64,000 bases of DNA from Candidatus Latescibacterota bacterium (GTDB taxonomy: Bacteria; Latescibacterota; UBA2968; UBA8231): assembly GCA_965215195.1 (NCBI GenBank), contig CBDCDC010000002.1, forward strand, positions 2,208,001 through 2,272,000, in the 5' to 3' direction. A program made the translations under genes and the position numbers. Below the pieces are notes generated by a model. It had not been told where the DNA came from, made no database searches, and saw only the letters and a list, made by a program, of their open reading frames with translations. How positions within the stretch are numbered: the stretch's first letter is position 1; each line of letters opens with the position of its first letter. Of the stretch, positions 9,498 to 18,296 are shown one piece after another.

Positions 9498-11060
9498 ATG
9501 CTTAAAATCTGGGTAAAGGACTTCGGCCCTATCATTGAGGGTTCGGTAAGCCTGAGACCCCTAACCATATTCGTTGGTCCTAGCAATGCCGGCAAGTCTT
9601 ATCTGGCGATGTTGGTTTACTCCCGGATGCAGTCTCTTGAGGCGTTCTCCAGTACCCCCTATGGTGGATTCTCGGGTCGCGATCACTTTATGCCTAGAAG
9701 GCTGACTAGACGTAGAGTAGTCCCAGACCTGGACGAGCTAGAAATTAGCGAAGAAGTTCGCAAAGCCATCAGCGACTGGGTCCAGAAGCTCAAAACTAGT
9801 CCTCGTGAGACACTTGAGATTTCATTCGGAGATCTCCCTGAACAAGTGCGACGTCTGGTAGATGGCGGTGTCAAAAGATACCTGCAATCAACGGAACAGT
9901 TATTTAGCAGAGAACTGCAGAGGTGTCATGGAGACATTTCTGATATACGAAGTCGCAGAACGGGTGGTACTCACCTCCAGATCGGTCTTGAGCAGAGTCA
10001 GCCACTACTGAGGCTGAACTTTGAAGAAGAGAAAGACTCCCTTCGGACTTTGCCTAGCGAAGAATGGGATATATCCCAACAGAAGTTCAAGACTCCTGGA
10101 AGTCTGGTAAGTTCATTGCAAGCCGAGACGTCAAGACAAGACAAGGTATCAAGGCGCAATCGCCGGTCAAGAGAAACCTTGGAGATGCAATATATCGACT
10201 TTCTAGATCTGCTGATAGAGCATGCTTTAACCGCACTTTTTGAGGGGTTCCCAAGAAGTTGTTATTACCTTCCGGCAGCACGATCCGGGATTGCTCAGGG
10301 CCATAAGGCCATAGCGAGCATCCTAGTGCGGCAATCTTCTTTCGCCGCGATAAGTCCCTTGGAGATACCCACACTCTCCGGCATCATTACCGACTTCATG
10401 GGACATATACTTACCATGGAACAGGCAGGAGGCCGACATCACAGGTCAGGCATGAATAAAATGGGAGAGGTGGTAGATTTTATGGAGCGCGAAGTAGTGC
10501 GCGGAAAAGTCGACATCGAACGCAGCGGAGAAGTAACCTATCCAGAAATTTCATATGCCCCTATTACAGCTCAACCTATTGTGGGCAAATTCCCTTTCCA
10601 CAAAACGTCTTCCATGGTCTCAGAGTTAGCTCCGGTTATACTATTCTTGAAGTATTTAGTTCGCCCGGAGGATCTAGTTATCCTAGAAGAGCCAGAGTCG
10701 CACTTGCACCCTGCGAGCCAACGACAGATGGCTAGAGGTATCGCACGGTTGGTAAAAGCTGGCGTAAAAGTCATCATCACTACCCATAGTGACTACTTCA
10801 TCGGACAAATCAACAACCTGCTGAAACTCAGCCACGCCAGCAAGGAAAAGCGCACAAAGAGAGGCTACGCCTCCACGGATTGCTTGAAGTCGGATGACGT
10901 AGGTGCATACCACTTCCTGTTGGACGATAACTTGGGGGGAAGTTTAGTTAAAGAACTACCGATTATCCCTGATTTTGGCATTGATGAGCAGGAACTTGCT
11001 GCTGTTTCTGAAGCACTTTACGAAGAGACCATTTCGCTCCAAAGGGTTCGAGCCAAATAA
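9498..11060 (+). CDS. ABC-class ATPase (AAA_15/AAA_21, AbiEii/OLD/AriA-like), defence-associated
   Basis: VKDFGPI, GPSNAGKS Walker A, YLPAARSG, SSMVSEL, ILEEPESHLHP, TTHSDY; lower GC than flanks by eye. Confidence 0.88.
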   Translation: MLKIWVKDFGPIIEGSVSLRPLTIFVGPSNAGKSYLAMLVYSRMQSLEAFSSTPYGGFSGRDHFMPRRLTRRRVVPDLDELEISEEVRKAISDWVQKLKTSPRETLEISFGDLPEQVRRLVDGGVKRYLQSTEQLFSRELQRCHGDISDIRSRRTGGTHLQIGLEQSQPLLRLNFEEEKDSLRTLPSEEWDISQQKFKTPGSLVSSLQAETSRQDKVSRRNRRSRETLEMQYIDFLDLLIEHALTALFEGFPRSCYYLPAARSGIAQGHKAIASILVRQSSFAAISPLEIPTLSGIITDFMGHILTMEQAGGRHHRSGMNKMGEVVDFMEREVVRGKVDIERSGEVTYPEISYAPITAQPIVGKFPFHKTSSMVSELAPVILFLKYLVRPEDLVILEEPESHLHPASQRQMARGIARLVKAGVKVIITTHSDYFIGQINNLLKLSHASKEKRTKRGYASTDCLKSDDVGAYHFLLDDNLGGSLVKELPIIPDFGIDEQELAAVSEALYEETISLQRVRAK

Positions 11061-11487
11061 GTCATGCAAAATCCCATCGGATACGTTCGCCGGAACCATC
11101 CAATTGGATGGCGTGAGTCCTAAGTCGTTGGCAATTATTCACGGTACCAAGTATCAGAAAATCAATAACTTCACTGAGAAGTTATGCGACCGGATATTAT
11201 TCTATGAGGAACACGGTTTTATCCTAGCAGCCGTCGAACTGAAGGGTGGTAGAAATGTCCATATATCTGAAGCTATCGCGCAGATTCAGAATGGATTGAG
11301 AGTTGCGAGCGACATCCTGAGCAATCGTCCCGTTGCAGAGTGGTTTCCCCTCTTGCTATATAAAGGTAGAATGAAACCCTATGAAACTAGACTCTTACGA
11401 AACAAGTCAGTGAAATTCCGAGGCGAACGGAAGAACATTATCAAGCGCGACTGTGACACTCAGTTAAGCACAATTCTATCAGACTAA
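10984..11487 (+). CDS. Hypothetical protein, possible PD-(D/E)XK nuclease partner of the ATPase (start uncertain)
   Basis: KLCDRILF...AVELKGG...AIAQIQ resembles a restriction-endonuclease fold; overlaps the ATPase stop. Confidence 0.55.
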   Translation: MSRNLLLFLKHFTKRPFRSKGFEPNKSCKIPSDTFAGTIQLDGVSPKSLAIIHGTKYQKINNFTEKLCDRILFYEEHGFILAAVELKGGRNVHISEAIAQIQNGLRVASDILSNRPVAEWFPLLLYKGRMKPYETRLLRNKSVKFRGERKNIIKRDCDTQLSTILSD

Positions 11488-11564
11488 CTAGACTGAAAAA
11501 GCCCCCTTAAGTCCCTAAATCTGTTCCTATATCTGAATACCAACCCTAACTCCGTGTGACTGTC

Positions 11565-11609
11565 ATAACCACCTTCACCGAAGCCGCTGTCGAGCAGGCC
11601 GCCCTCACT
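11565..11609 (+). pseudogene. hsdR: N-terminal stub of type I restriction subunit
   Basis: Reads ITTFTEAAVEQAALT, matching the typical HsdR start FTExxVEQAAL; lies where hsdR is expected after hsdM-hsdS-cargo. Confidence 0.6.
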
Positions 11610-11691
11610 TCTGAGGAGCACACTGTGATAATACCCTAGCCTCGCAGAAAGGGGGTTAGGGGATAGGTCCACCCATGAAAAGAGGCCCACT

Positions 11692-13332
11692 ATGACACAG
11701 CAATCGCGAACCGACCAGACACCGGGGCACCCTACCCGGCCCCAGCGCTTCTTCAACACGGCCGGCCCCATCGTCCCGGCGGATCACTACCATATCCCGC
11801 CATTGGAGCGGCTTGACCTCGACGACGTGTTGGCTCTGATCGAGCAAAAAAAATACTTCGTGCTGCACGCGCCCCGGCAGACCGGCAAGACCTCGGCTTT
11901 ACTGGCGCTGATGGAGGAACTGAACGGCAGCGGCTGGTATCGCTGCGTGTACGTCAACGTGGAGATCGGCCAGTCTGCCCGCGAGGACGTAGGCGCGGCC
12001 ATGCAGGCCATACTCAGTGAGCTGGCGTCGAGGGCGGAACGCCTCTTGGGCGAGCAGGTCGTGAAGGAGGTCTGGCGCGAAGTGCGCGATGAGGCCGGCC
12101 CCCACGGCGTGTTGCAGGCGGTGCTGAGTCGCTGGGCGGCGGCCGATGAGAGGCCGCTAGTGCTGCTGATCGACGAGATCGACGCCCTGATCGGCGACAC
12201 CCTCTTGGCCGTGCTGCGGCAACTGCGCGCCGGCTATCCCGACCGGCCGCAGCACTACCCGCAGAGCGTGATCCTATGCGGGGTGCGCGACGTGCGCGAC
12301 TATCGCATCCACTCCACGGCCGAGAACGCCCTCATCGCTGGCGGCAGTGCGTTCAACATTCGCGCCGAGTCCCTGCGCTTGGGTGATTTCTCGGCGGCCG
12401 ACGTGCAGGCACTGCTGGCGCAACACACTGCGGCGACCGGCCAAGCGTTCACGGAGGATGCCCTAAACGAGGTCTGGCAACTGACGCAGGGCCAGCCGTG
12501 GCTGGTCAATGCCTTGGCGTATGAAGCCTGCTTCAAGAACAAGGCCGGCCGGGACCGCAGCCAGCCCATCCCGGCTGCGGCGATATGCGCCGCCCGCGAG
12601 CAACTCATCTTGCGCCGCGAGACGCATCTCGACCAACTCACCGACAAGCTCCAAGAAGAACGCGTCCGCCGCGTCATCGAACCGCTGCTGAGCGGGGCCG
12701 AAGACGACGAGGCGATTCCCGAAGACGACGTGGACTACGTCCGCGATCTGGGCTTGGTGCGCCTATCCCCTTTCGCCATTGCCAATCCGATCTATCAGGA
12801 GGTCATCCCCCGCGCCTTGACCTATACCACCCAGCTCCGGTTCCGACACGACCCGGCTTGGTATGTGGATGCCGACGGGCGTCTGCGCGTCGCCGATCTG
12901 CTGGCCGCCTTCCAAGCGTTCTTCCGCGAGCATTCCGAGCACTGGGTTGAGCGGTTCCAATACAAGGAAGCCGGTCCGCAGTTGCTGCTGCAAGCGTTCT
13001 TGCAGCGCATCGTCAACAGCGGGGGTCGGATCGAGCGGGAGTATGGCTTGGGGCGGCGGCGCACCGACCTGCTGCTCATCTGGCCGGTGCCCGGGGCGGC
13101 TCGGCCGGGTCAAGCGGTGCAGAAGGTGGTAGTCGAATGCAAGGTGCTGTACAAGAGCTTGGAGGCGACGGTGCGCGCGGGCGTGGAGCAGACCCGTGCG
13201 TACATGGATCGGTGCGCCGCCGCGGAGGGGCATCTGGTGGTCTTTGACCGCACCGTCGGCAAGTCGTGGGACGAGAAGATATTCCGCGAGAAGGGCACGG
13301 GCGAGGCGAACATCACTGTGTGGGGGATGTAG
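11692..13332 (+). CDS. AAA-like P-loop ATPase with C-terminal PD-(D/E)XK domain
   Basis: RFFNTAGP, HAPRQTGKTS, LLIDEID, TQGQPWL, EREYGLGRRRTDL...VVECK. Confidence 0.85.
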   Translation: MTQQSRTDQTPGHPTRPQRFFNTAGPIVPADHYHIPPLERLDLDDVLALIEQKKYFVLHAPRQTGKTSALLALMEELNGSGWYRCVYVNVEIGQSAREDVGAAMQAILSELASRAERLLGEQVVKEVWREVRDEAGPHGVLQAVLSRWAAADERPLVLLIDEIDALIGDTLLAVLRQLRAGYPDRPQHYPQSVILCGVRDVRDYRIHSTAENALIAGGSAFNIRAESLRLGDFSAADVQALLAQHTAATGQAFTEDALNEVWQLTQGQPWLVNALAYEACFKNKAGRDRSQPIPAAAICAAREQLILRRETHLDQLTDKLQEERVRRVIEPLLSGAEDDEAIPEDDVDYVRDLGLVRLSPFAIANPIYQEVIPRALTYTTQLRFRHDPAWYVDADGRLRVADLLAAFQAFFREHSEHWVERFQYKEAGPQLLLQAFLQRIVNSGGRIEREYGLGRRRTDLLLIWPVPGAARPGQAVQKVVVECKVLYKSLEATVRAGVEQTRAYMDRCAAAEGHLVVFDRTVGKSWDEKIFREKGTGEANITVWGM

Positions 13333-13598
13333 GAGACTGGCTGGATTCCCTTCCTCGTAAAAAGAGGCCATCTATGCTTTCACCAGTTGCTGCTTCGCGC
13401 AGTGCCCGATAGCGGCGCGATTAAAGGGGGCTGGCCCCCGGTTTTAGTCCCTAAACCCCGGAATAGGGAGTCGCCCTATCCCCCCAAGACCCTCCCTTCA
13501 CGGCGCATCAGATAGCTTATAAACAACAAGAATTACATACAGTTAGTCATATCGGCAAAAACTTGACACCCGCCTAGCCGTTGATTAAATCAAACAGC

Positions 13599-15203
13599 AT
13601 GTCCATCGCCAATCCCCGCTTCCTGTGGCGCACTATCGCCCTGTTGGCCCTGTTTGGCTGCGCATCTGACGACACCGTCGTGGCCCAAGTCGGCGACGTG
13701 GCCCTCACGAAAGCCGCGTACTTGCGCTTTGTCGAGCGCTTGCCGCCCGGGTTGCAGAGCGAGAACGCACGCGACCACCTACAATCCCTCGTCGATCAGG
13801 AACTGCTGCTGCAAGAGGCCCGCGCTAGGGGAATTGAGCAAAGCGACGCGGTCCGCTACGAGCTAAACGCCCTCGTGCGCAAGCGGCTCTCCCAGCGCTA
13901 CCAAGCTCAAGTGCTCGCGCCCCAAGTCGAGGTGACGCCCGAGGAAGTCGAGCGCACCTTTGTCGACATGGGCTTCGACCGCGAGCGGCTGTTTGCGCGG
14001 ATTCTGGTGCGGCAGCAGCAAGATGTGGAGCGCGTATTGCAGGCACTGCACGCAGGCGAGCCTTTCGCCGAACTAGCGCAGCGCTTTGCGGCCAACGACC
14101 TTTTCGCCCAACAGGGCGACGGAGTCGTGGGCTGGATTGGGCGCACCCAAGCGCAGCGCTTTGCCATTCCGCCGCAGACCTTCCTCTCCCTGCCGGTCGG
14201 CCAAATCGCCGAGCCATTGCGGTTGGCGGGCGGCTGGCAAATCTACCGCTTTGTCGAAGACCGAGTAGCCGATAAGGCCGACTACGCGGAAGAAGCCGCC
14301 CGCGCAGCGCAGCGCGAAAAGTGGCAGAGTCGCCTGCAAATCGAAGTAGAAACCCTGAGCCGCTCCTTGAATCTCCAGTTGGACCGCGAAGGCCTCCAAG
14401 CCTTGCTGGCCGAGCCGAATCCCCCCGACTCGCTCGCCGCGCGGCCGCTCTATACCTTTGACGGCGGGGCGATTTCCTTGGGCGAATACCTCCACGATCT
14501 GCGCTCGGTCGGCTTCCGAGGCGCGTTGCAAGACAGCGCACAGGTCGTATCGTTGGCCCGCGCCGCGCTCCTGCCAGCCTATCTGATGACCGCGGCAGCC
14601 CAGCGGCGCGGATGGGATCGAGAAGCCGAATTCGTCGAGTGGCGCGAGCGCAAGCGCAAGGCCCTCGTTTTGCAGCAGCTCACCAAGGTAGAAACAGCGA
14701 CAAAGGCCGTCCCCAGCGAGGAAGAGGTCGCCGCGTACTACGAGGCGAACAAGACGCGCTTCCGCACGGCCGAATCCGTCCATATCAACCAGCTACTCGC
14801 ACCCACCCACGAGCAGGCCCAACAGTTGCGCGAAGCCCTCGCAAACGGCAGCACTGTCGCCGAGCTATTGGCCCGGCCGGGCGTGGAAACGCACGGCGAT
14901 CCGCACGACGACGGTGCGCTGCACCTGCGCAAGGTGGTACGAGCGCGCTATCCCCAACTCGTAGACGCGGCCTTTGCCGCAGAGGTCGGCGAATGGGATG
15001 GACCAGTAGAGGTGCTAGACCAATTTGCCGTGTTCCGGGTGCGCCACAAAGAGGGCGGCGACATCCAACCCTTCGCCCAAGCGCGGACGCAAGCGCGGGC
15101 CATCTTGGAAGCAAGGCGTCAGAACGAGCTCATGGATGCACTCATCCAACGCCTGCGCGCCGAGCGCGCAAGCCAAGTCACCTTATTCGCCGAGCACCTA
15201 TAA
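13599..15203 (+). CDS. PpiC/SurA-PrsA-like peptidyl-prolyl isomerase lipoprotein (two parvulin-like domains)
   Basis: Lipobox LALFGC; VVAQVG; LLLQEARARG; GEPFAELAQRF; VAAYYEANK; AAFAAEVGEWDGPV. Confidence 0.85.
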   Translation: MSIANPRFLWRTIALLALFGCASDDTVVAQVGDVALTKAAYLRFVERLPPGLQSENARDHLQSLVDQELLLQEARARGIEQSDAVRYELNALVRKRLSQRYQAQVLAPQVEVTPEEVERTFVDMGFDRERLFARILVRQQQDVERVLQALHAGEPFAELAQRFAANDLFAQQGDGVVGWIGRTQAQRFAIPPQTFLSLPVGQIAEPLRLAGGWQIYRFVEDRVADKADYAEEAARAAQREKWQSRLQIEVETLSRSLNLQLDREGLQALLAEPNPPDSLAARPLYTFDGGAISLGEYLHDLRSVGFRGALQDSAQVVSLARAALLPAYLMTAAAQRRGWDREAEFVEWRERKRKALVLQQLTKVETATKAVPSEEEVAAYYEANKTRFRTAESVHINQLLAPTHEQAQQLREALANGSTVAELLARPGVETHGDPHDDGALHLRKVVRARYPQLVDAAFAAEVGEWDGPVEVLDQFAVFRVRHKEGGDIQPFAQARTQARAILEARRQNELMDALIQRLRAERASQVTLFAEHL

Positions 15204-15215
15204 GGAGGTGCCATC

Positions 15216-18200
15216 GTGGTAAGAATAAAATGGTGCACACTCGCATATTGCCTGTTATGGGCATGGCTGCCGGCCAGCGCCCAGCGAGGGTACGACATCG
15301 TCGATGACCGCATTGTCGTATCCGGGCGCAGCCACTGGGAGCACTGGAAAAAACCCGAACACCTGACCACCATCGACAACTTGGGAGCGGTGCGTCCGCG
15401 GCACCTACGCTCGATCTACAACGTCCTCGCCGATCCCAGCATCACCCGTCTGGTCGTGATTACCAACAAAGACCGGCGCATCCTCAATGTAGATAGCACC
15501 CTGAAAGTGGATGTACTCGGCCGACCTGTTCAAGACACGCAGAAAAATTTCGTGTACGACTATCTGGTGCGGGCCGGGGTCAGCCGCGCAGGCTCCAACA
15601 TCGAGATGGCGGCCCACATCGTCGATGGCGATCCGACCACCTTCTGGGAGCCCGATCCGCGCGACCCCATCGAGCAGTGGTGGGTCGAGGTCGATCTGGG
15701 CCGCGCCGTGCCAGTAGAGGGCATTTCCGTGCGCTTCGTCGAAGAGGGGCTGGGCGATCCGTTCTTCAAGTACCTCCTCCTATTAGCACCGAATCAAACG
15801 CTATCGTTCGCCGACGACGGCAGGGTCAGTTTCGAGCTGTTTGTCCCCCACGAAGGGCCCAACACCCAGCAGCGCACCTTTTTCTTTGAAAGTGCAGTCG
15901 CAACTGGGGGAGTGTCCCTTGCGAACCCGGTCAACCCCGGGCTCGTAGATCCTACTGGCGGGATCAGCAGTGTCAAAAAACTGCGACAAAGCAGCGCCGA
16001 CCCGGCTTGGACCGGCAAGATCATCGAAACCATTCGCATCGTAATCACGGATACGCGCGGCGGGCGGGCCGAGCGAATAGACCAAGCCGCGTGGGAAGCA
16101 CTGCCGGCGCAGGAACGCGGCGACATCGTCCACTTCGTGCGCGACTTCGCCGGCCGCGAAGAGCCGGTGGACGCCGAGACCTACGAGTCCCTGGAGGAGG
16201 AGCGCCGTGGGCGGCGGGAATTCTACCGCCGAGAATTGCCGCGCCTAGCCGAGGTCGAAGCCTATGGCTGGGGAGACAACATCAGCCTCGGCCTAGTCGA
16301 AGGGGGCGGCACTTTGGATTTGACCTCGGCCGGTAAAACGCCGGGACCGGCCTTCGACGGGGATATCGGTAGTAGTTATCAGCAACCTACCCGAGACTTC
16401 CTCAACCCGGGTGCCAATGTGCTGACCATCGACATTGGCGGCACCGTGTGGCTGGACCAAATCCGCTTCGCCGGCGGCAATATCCGCGGTTACCAGATGC
16501 GGTCGTCCACCGGGGAACGCGATGCCCAAGGCAAGCTGCGCTGGCGCGCGATCACCCCACCAGAGCGGATAAAAAACGTCGATAACGGGTTCTTTGGCTA
16601 CCTCAACGATGTGCAGGATCCCGTGCGTAAGGTGCGCTTTCTCGATCTGTTGACCTTGGCCAATTTCATCGGCGACGATCAAAACCGCAGAGACCGCTTC
16701 TGGTCCCGCTTCAACGAACTGATGCTGTTTGCCGAAGGCGTACCCGCGGAAGTCGAACTGCAATCCAATCTCATTGAACTGCCTAAGCTGGTGACCTTGG
16801 GCAGTATCCACTGGGAGGCCGCCGCGCCCCCGGGCACCAAGGTTGAGCTGCGCACCCGCACCGGCGACCAGCTCATCCAGCAGGTGCGCTTCTACGACAG
16901 CAATGGCATCGAAAAAACCGCAGCCGAGCACAAAAAGCTCCTCGCCTTCCTCAAAGGGCCAATTGACACGTCCTTTGCAATAGGCCCGGGTTGGAGCCCT
17001 TGGAGCCAGCAATACCAGCAGTCCGGCGACCCGGTGACGTCGCCCAGTCTGCGCAAGTTCATGCAAATCGAGGCCCGTCTGCTCAGCGAGGACCGCGAGC
17101 TTAGCCCAGCGCTACAGAGCATCTCCGTAGAGTTGCACACTCCGGTCGCCCTCGGGCTGCAAGCCGAAGTCTGGCCGCCCGAGGCCCAAGTGGGGGTTCT
17201 GGACACTTTCGAGGTCTTCGTGCAACCCCAGTTCCTAGAGCGGCCCATCTCGGTCCGCAGCCTCGGATTCGACGAGATGCTCATCAGCGCCGATCCGGGC
17301 CTCGATATGCAGCTTATTGATGTGGCAATAGGCTCCGAGGAGCAGTTTGCATCTGGAGCACCGCAATCGCTTTTGGACCTCGCGAGCACTGACGGCCAGA
17401 TACTGCAAGGCGACTCGCTCCTAGTGCGCCTCCCGGAGGTTGCCCACAGCGCCACCGACGCGCTGCCGCAGCTATACTTCCGCACGACGGACGATGGCGA
17501 GGAAGTACCCACCAGTATCGACGGCCAGCTCCTGACGGCGACCTCGCACGCCCTGCTGCCAGACGCCGAGCGCGGCGCAGTGCGCTACTTCAGCAGGGCT
17601 GGTGAGGAAGTGGAGCAGGCCGCTTACGACGCGCTGCCGCCCGCGTCCCAAGGGCCGGTGCGCTACTTCCGCAAGGTAGTAGGTTTGGGCAGCCAGACGC
17701 TTTTCGACGAGGCCGGCGACACGCTCAGCGCGGCCCAGTACAACCGACTGGGCCGCGCCCGAGGGTGGGTCGTCGGGCGCGGCCTACTCGTGCGCCTGCG
17801 CTTTGCGGCCGCAGTCTTCCTGCACGGCACCAAGCTGAAGGTGGCCGTGCGCAACCAAGCGGCCAGCACGCCCTATCAGCCGGCCGACGCCGGCGACGCC
17901 ACTGCGCTGCGGCCATCGCAAACCTTGTCGATCGCCGCACTCGGTGCCGTGCAGGTCGTCGCAAACCTCTCGGTCGCACCCAATCCCTTCACGCCCAACG
18001 GCGACCTCGTAAACGACGTCGCTCAAATTGAGTTTTCGCTGTTCAAGGTCTATGCCGAGCGGCCGACCGCCGTCCGCATTTGGGCACTCGACGGCCGGCC
18101 CATGCGCCGGCTAGAGGGCACGGCCCAAGGCGGGCACCAGCACTTTACCTGGGACGGCAAGGACGACCAAGGCCGCGTCGTGCCGCCCGGTCTTTACATC

Positions 18201-18278
18201 TGCCAGATCGACGTCGAAATCGACGTCGAAGAGCGCGCCGGACAACGGCGCTCCCACCTCATCGCGGTAGCCTATTAG
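15216..18278 (+). CDS. Secreted protein with discoidin/F5-8C-like regions and C-terminal FlgD-Ig/CHU_C-like domain
   Basis: Signal peptide; DGDPTTFW...WVEVDLGR; GTKVELRTRTG...WSPWS; PNPFTPNGDLVND...WDGKDDQGRVVPPGLY; ends IAVAY. Confidence 0.75.
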   Translation: MVRIKWCTLAYCLLWAWLPASAQRGYDIVDDRIVVSGRSHWEHWKKPEHLTTIDNLGAVRPRHLRSIYNVLADPSITRLVVITNKDRRILNVDSTLKVDVLGRPVQDTQKNFVYDYLVRAGVSRAGSNIEMAAHIVDGDPTTFWEPDPRDPIEQWWVEVDLGRAVPVEGISVRFVEEGLGDPFFKYLLLLAPNQTLSFADDGRVSFELFVPHEGPNTQQRTFFFESAVATGGVSLANPVNPGLVDPTGGISSVKKLRQSSADPAWTGKIIETIRIVITDTRGGRAERIDQAAWEALPAQERGDIVHFVRDFAGREEPVDAETYESLEEERRGRREFYRRELPRLAEVEAYGWGDNISLGLVEGGGTLDLTSAGKTPGPAFDGDIGSSYQQPTRDFLNPGANVLTIDIGGTVWLDQIRFAGGNIRGYQMRSSTGERDAQGKLRWRAITPPERIKNVDNGFFGYLNDVQDPVRKVRFLDLLTLANFIGDDQNRRDRFWSRFNELMLFAEGVPAEVELQSNLIELPKLVTLGSIHWEAAAPPGTKVELRTRTGDQLIQQVRFYDSNGIEKTAAEHKKLLAFLKGPIDTSFAIGPGWSPWSQQYQQSGDPVTSPSLRKFMQIEARLLSEDRELSPALQSISVELHTPVALGLQAEVWPPEAQVGVLDTFEVFVQPQFLERPISVRSLGFDEMLISADPGLDMQLIDVAIGSEEQFASGAPQSLLDLASTDGQILQGDSLLVRLPEVAHSATDALPQLYFRTTDDGEEVPTSIDGQLLTATSHALLPDAERGAVRYFSRAGEEVEQAAYDALPPASQGPVRYFRKVVGLGSQTLFDEAGDTLSAAQYNRLGRARGWVVGRGLLVRLRFAAAVFLHGTKLKVAVRNQAASTPYQPADAGDATALRPSQTLSIAALGAVQVVANLSVAPNPFTPNGDLVNDVAQIEFSLFKVYAERPTAVRIWALDGRPMRRLEGTAQGGHQHFTWDGKDDQGRVVPPGLYICQIDVEIDVEERAGQRRSHLIAVAY

Positions 18279-18296
18279 GGGCCAAAAGAGAGCGCC

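Noticed and set aside
13420-13500. G/C-run hairpins downstream of the AAA gene (also 11633-11665)
   Set aside because: Imperfect stems with no clear second copy in the window; probably decayed REPs or terminators
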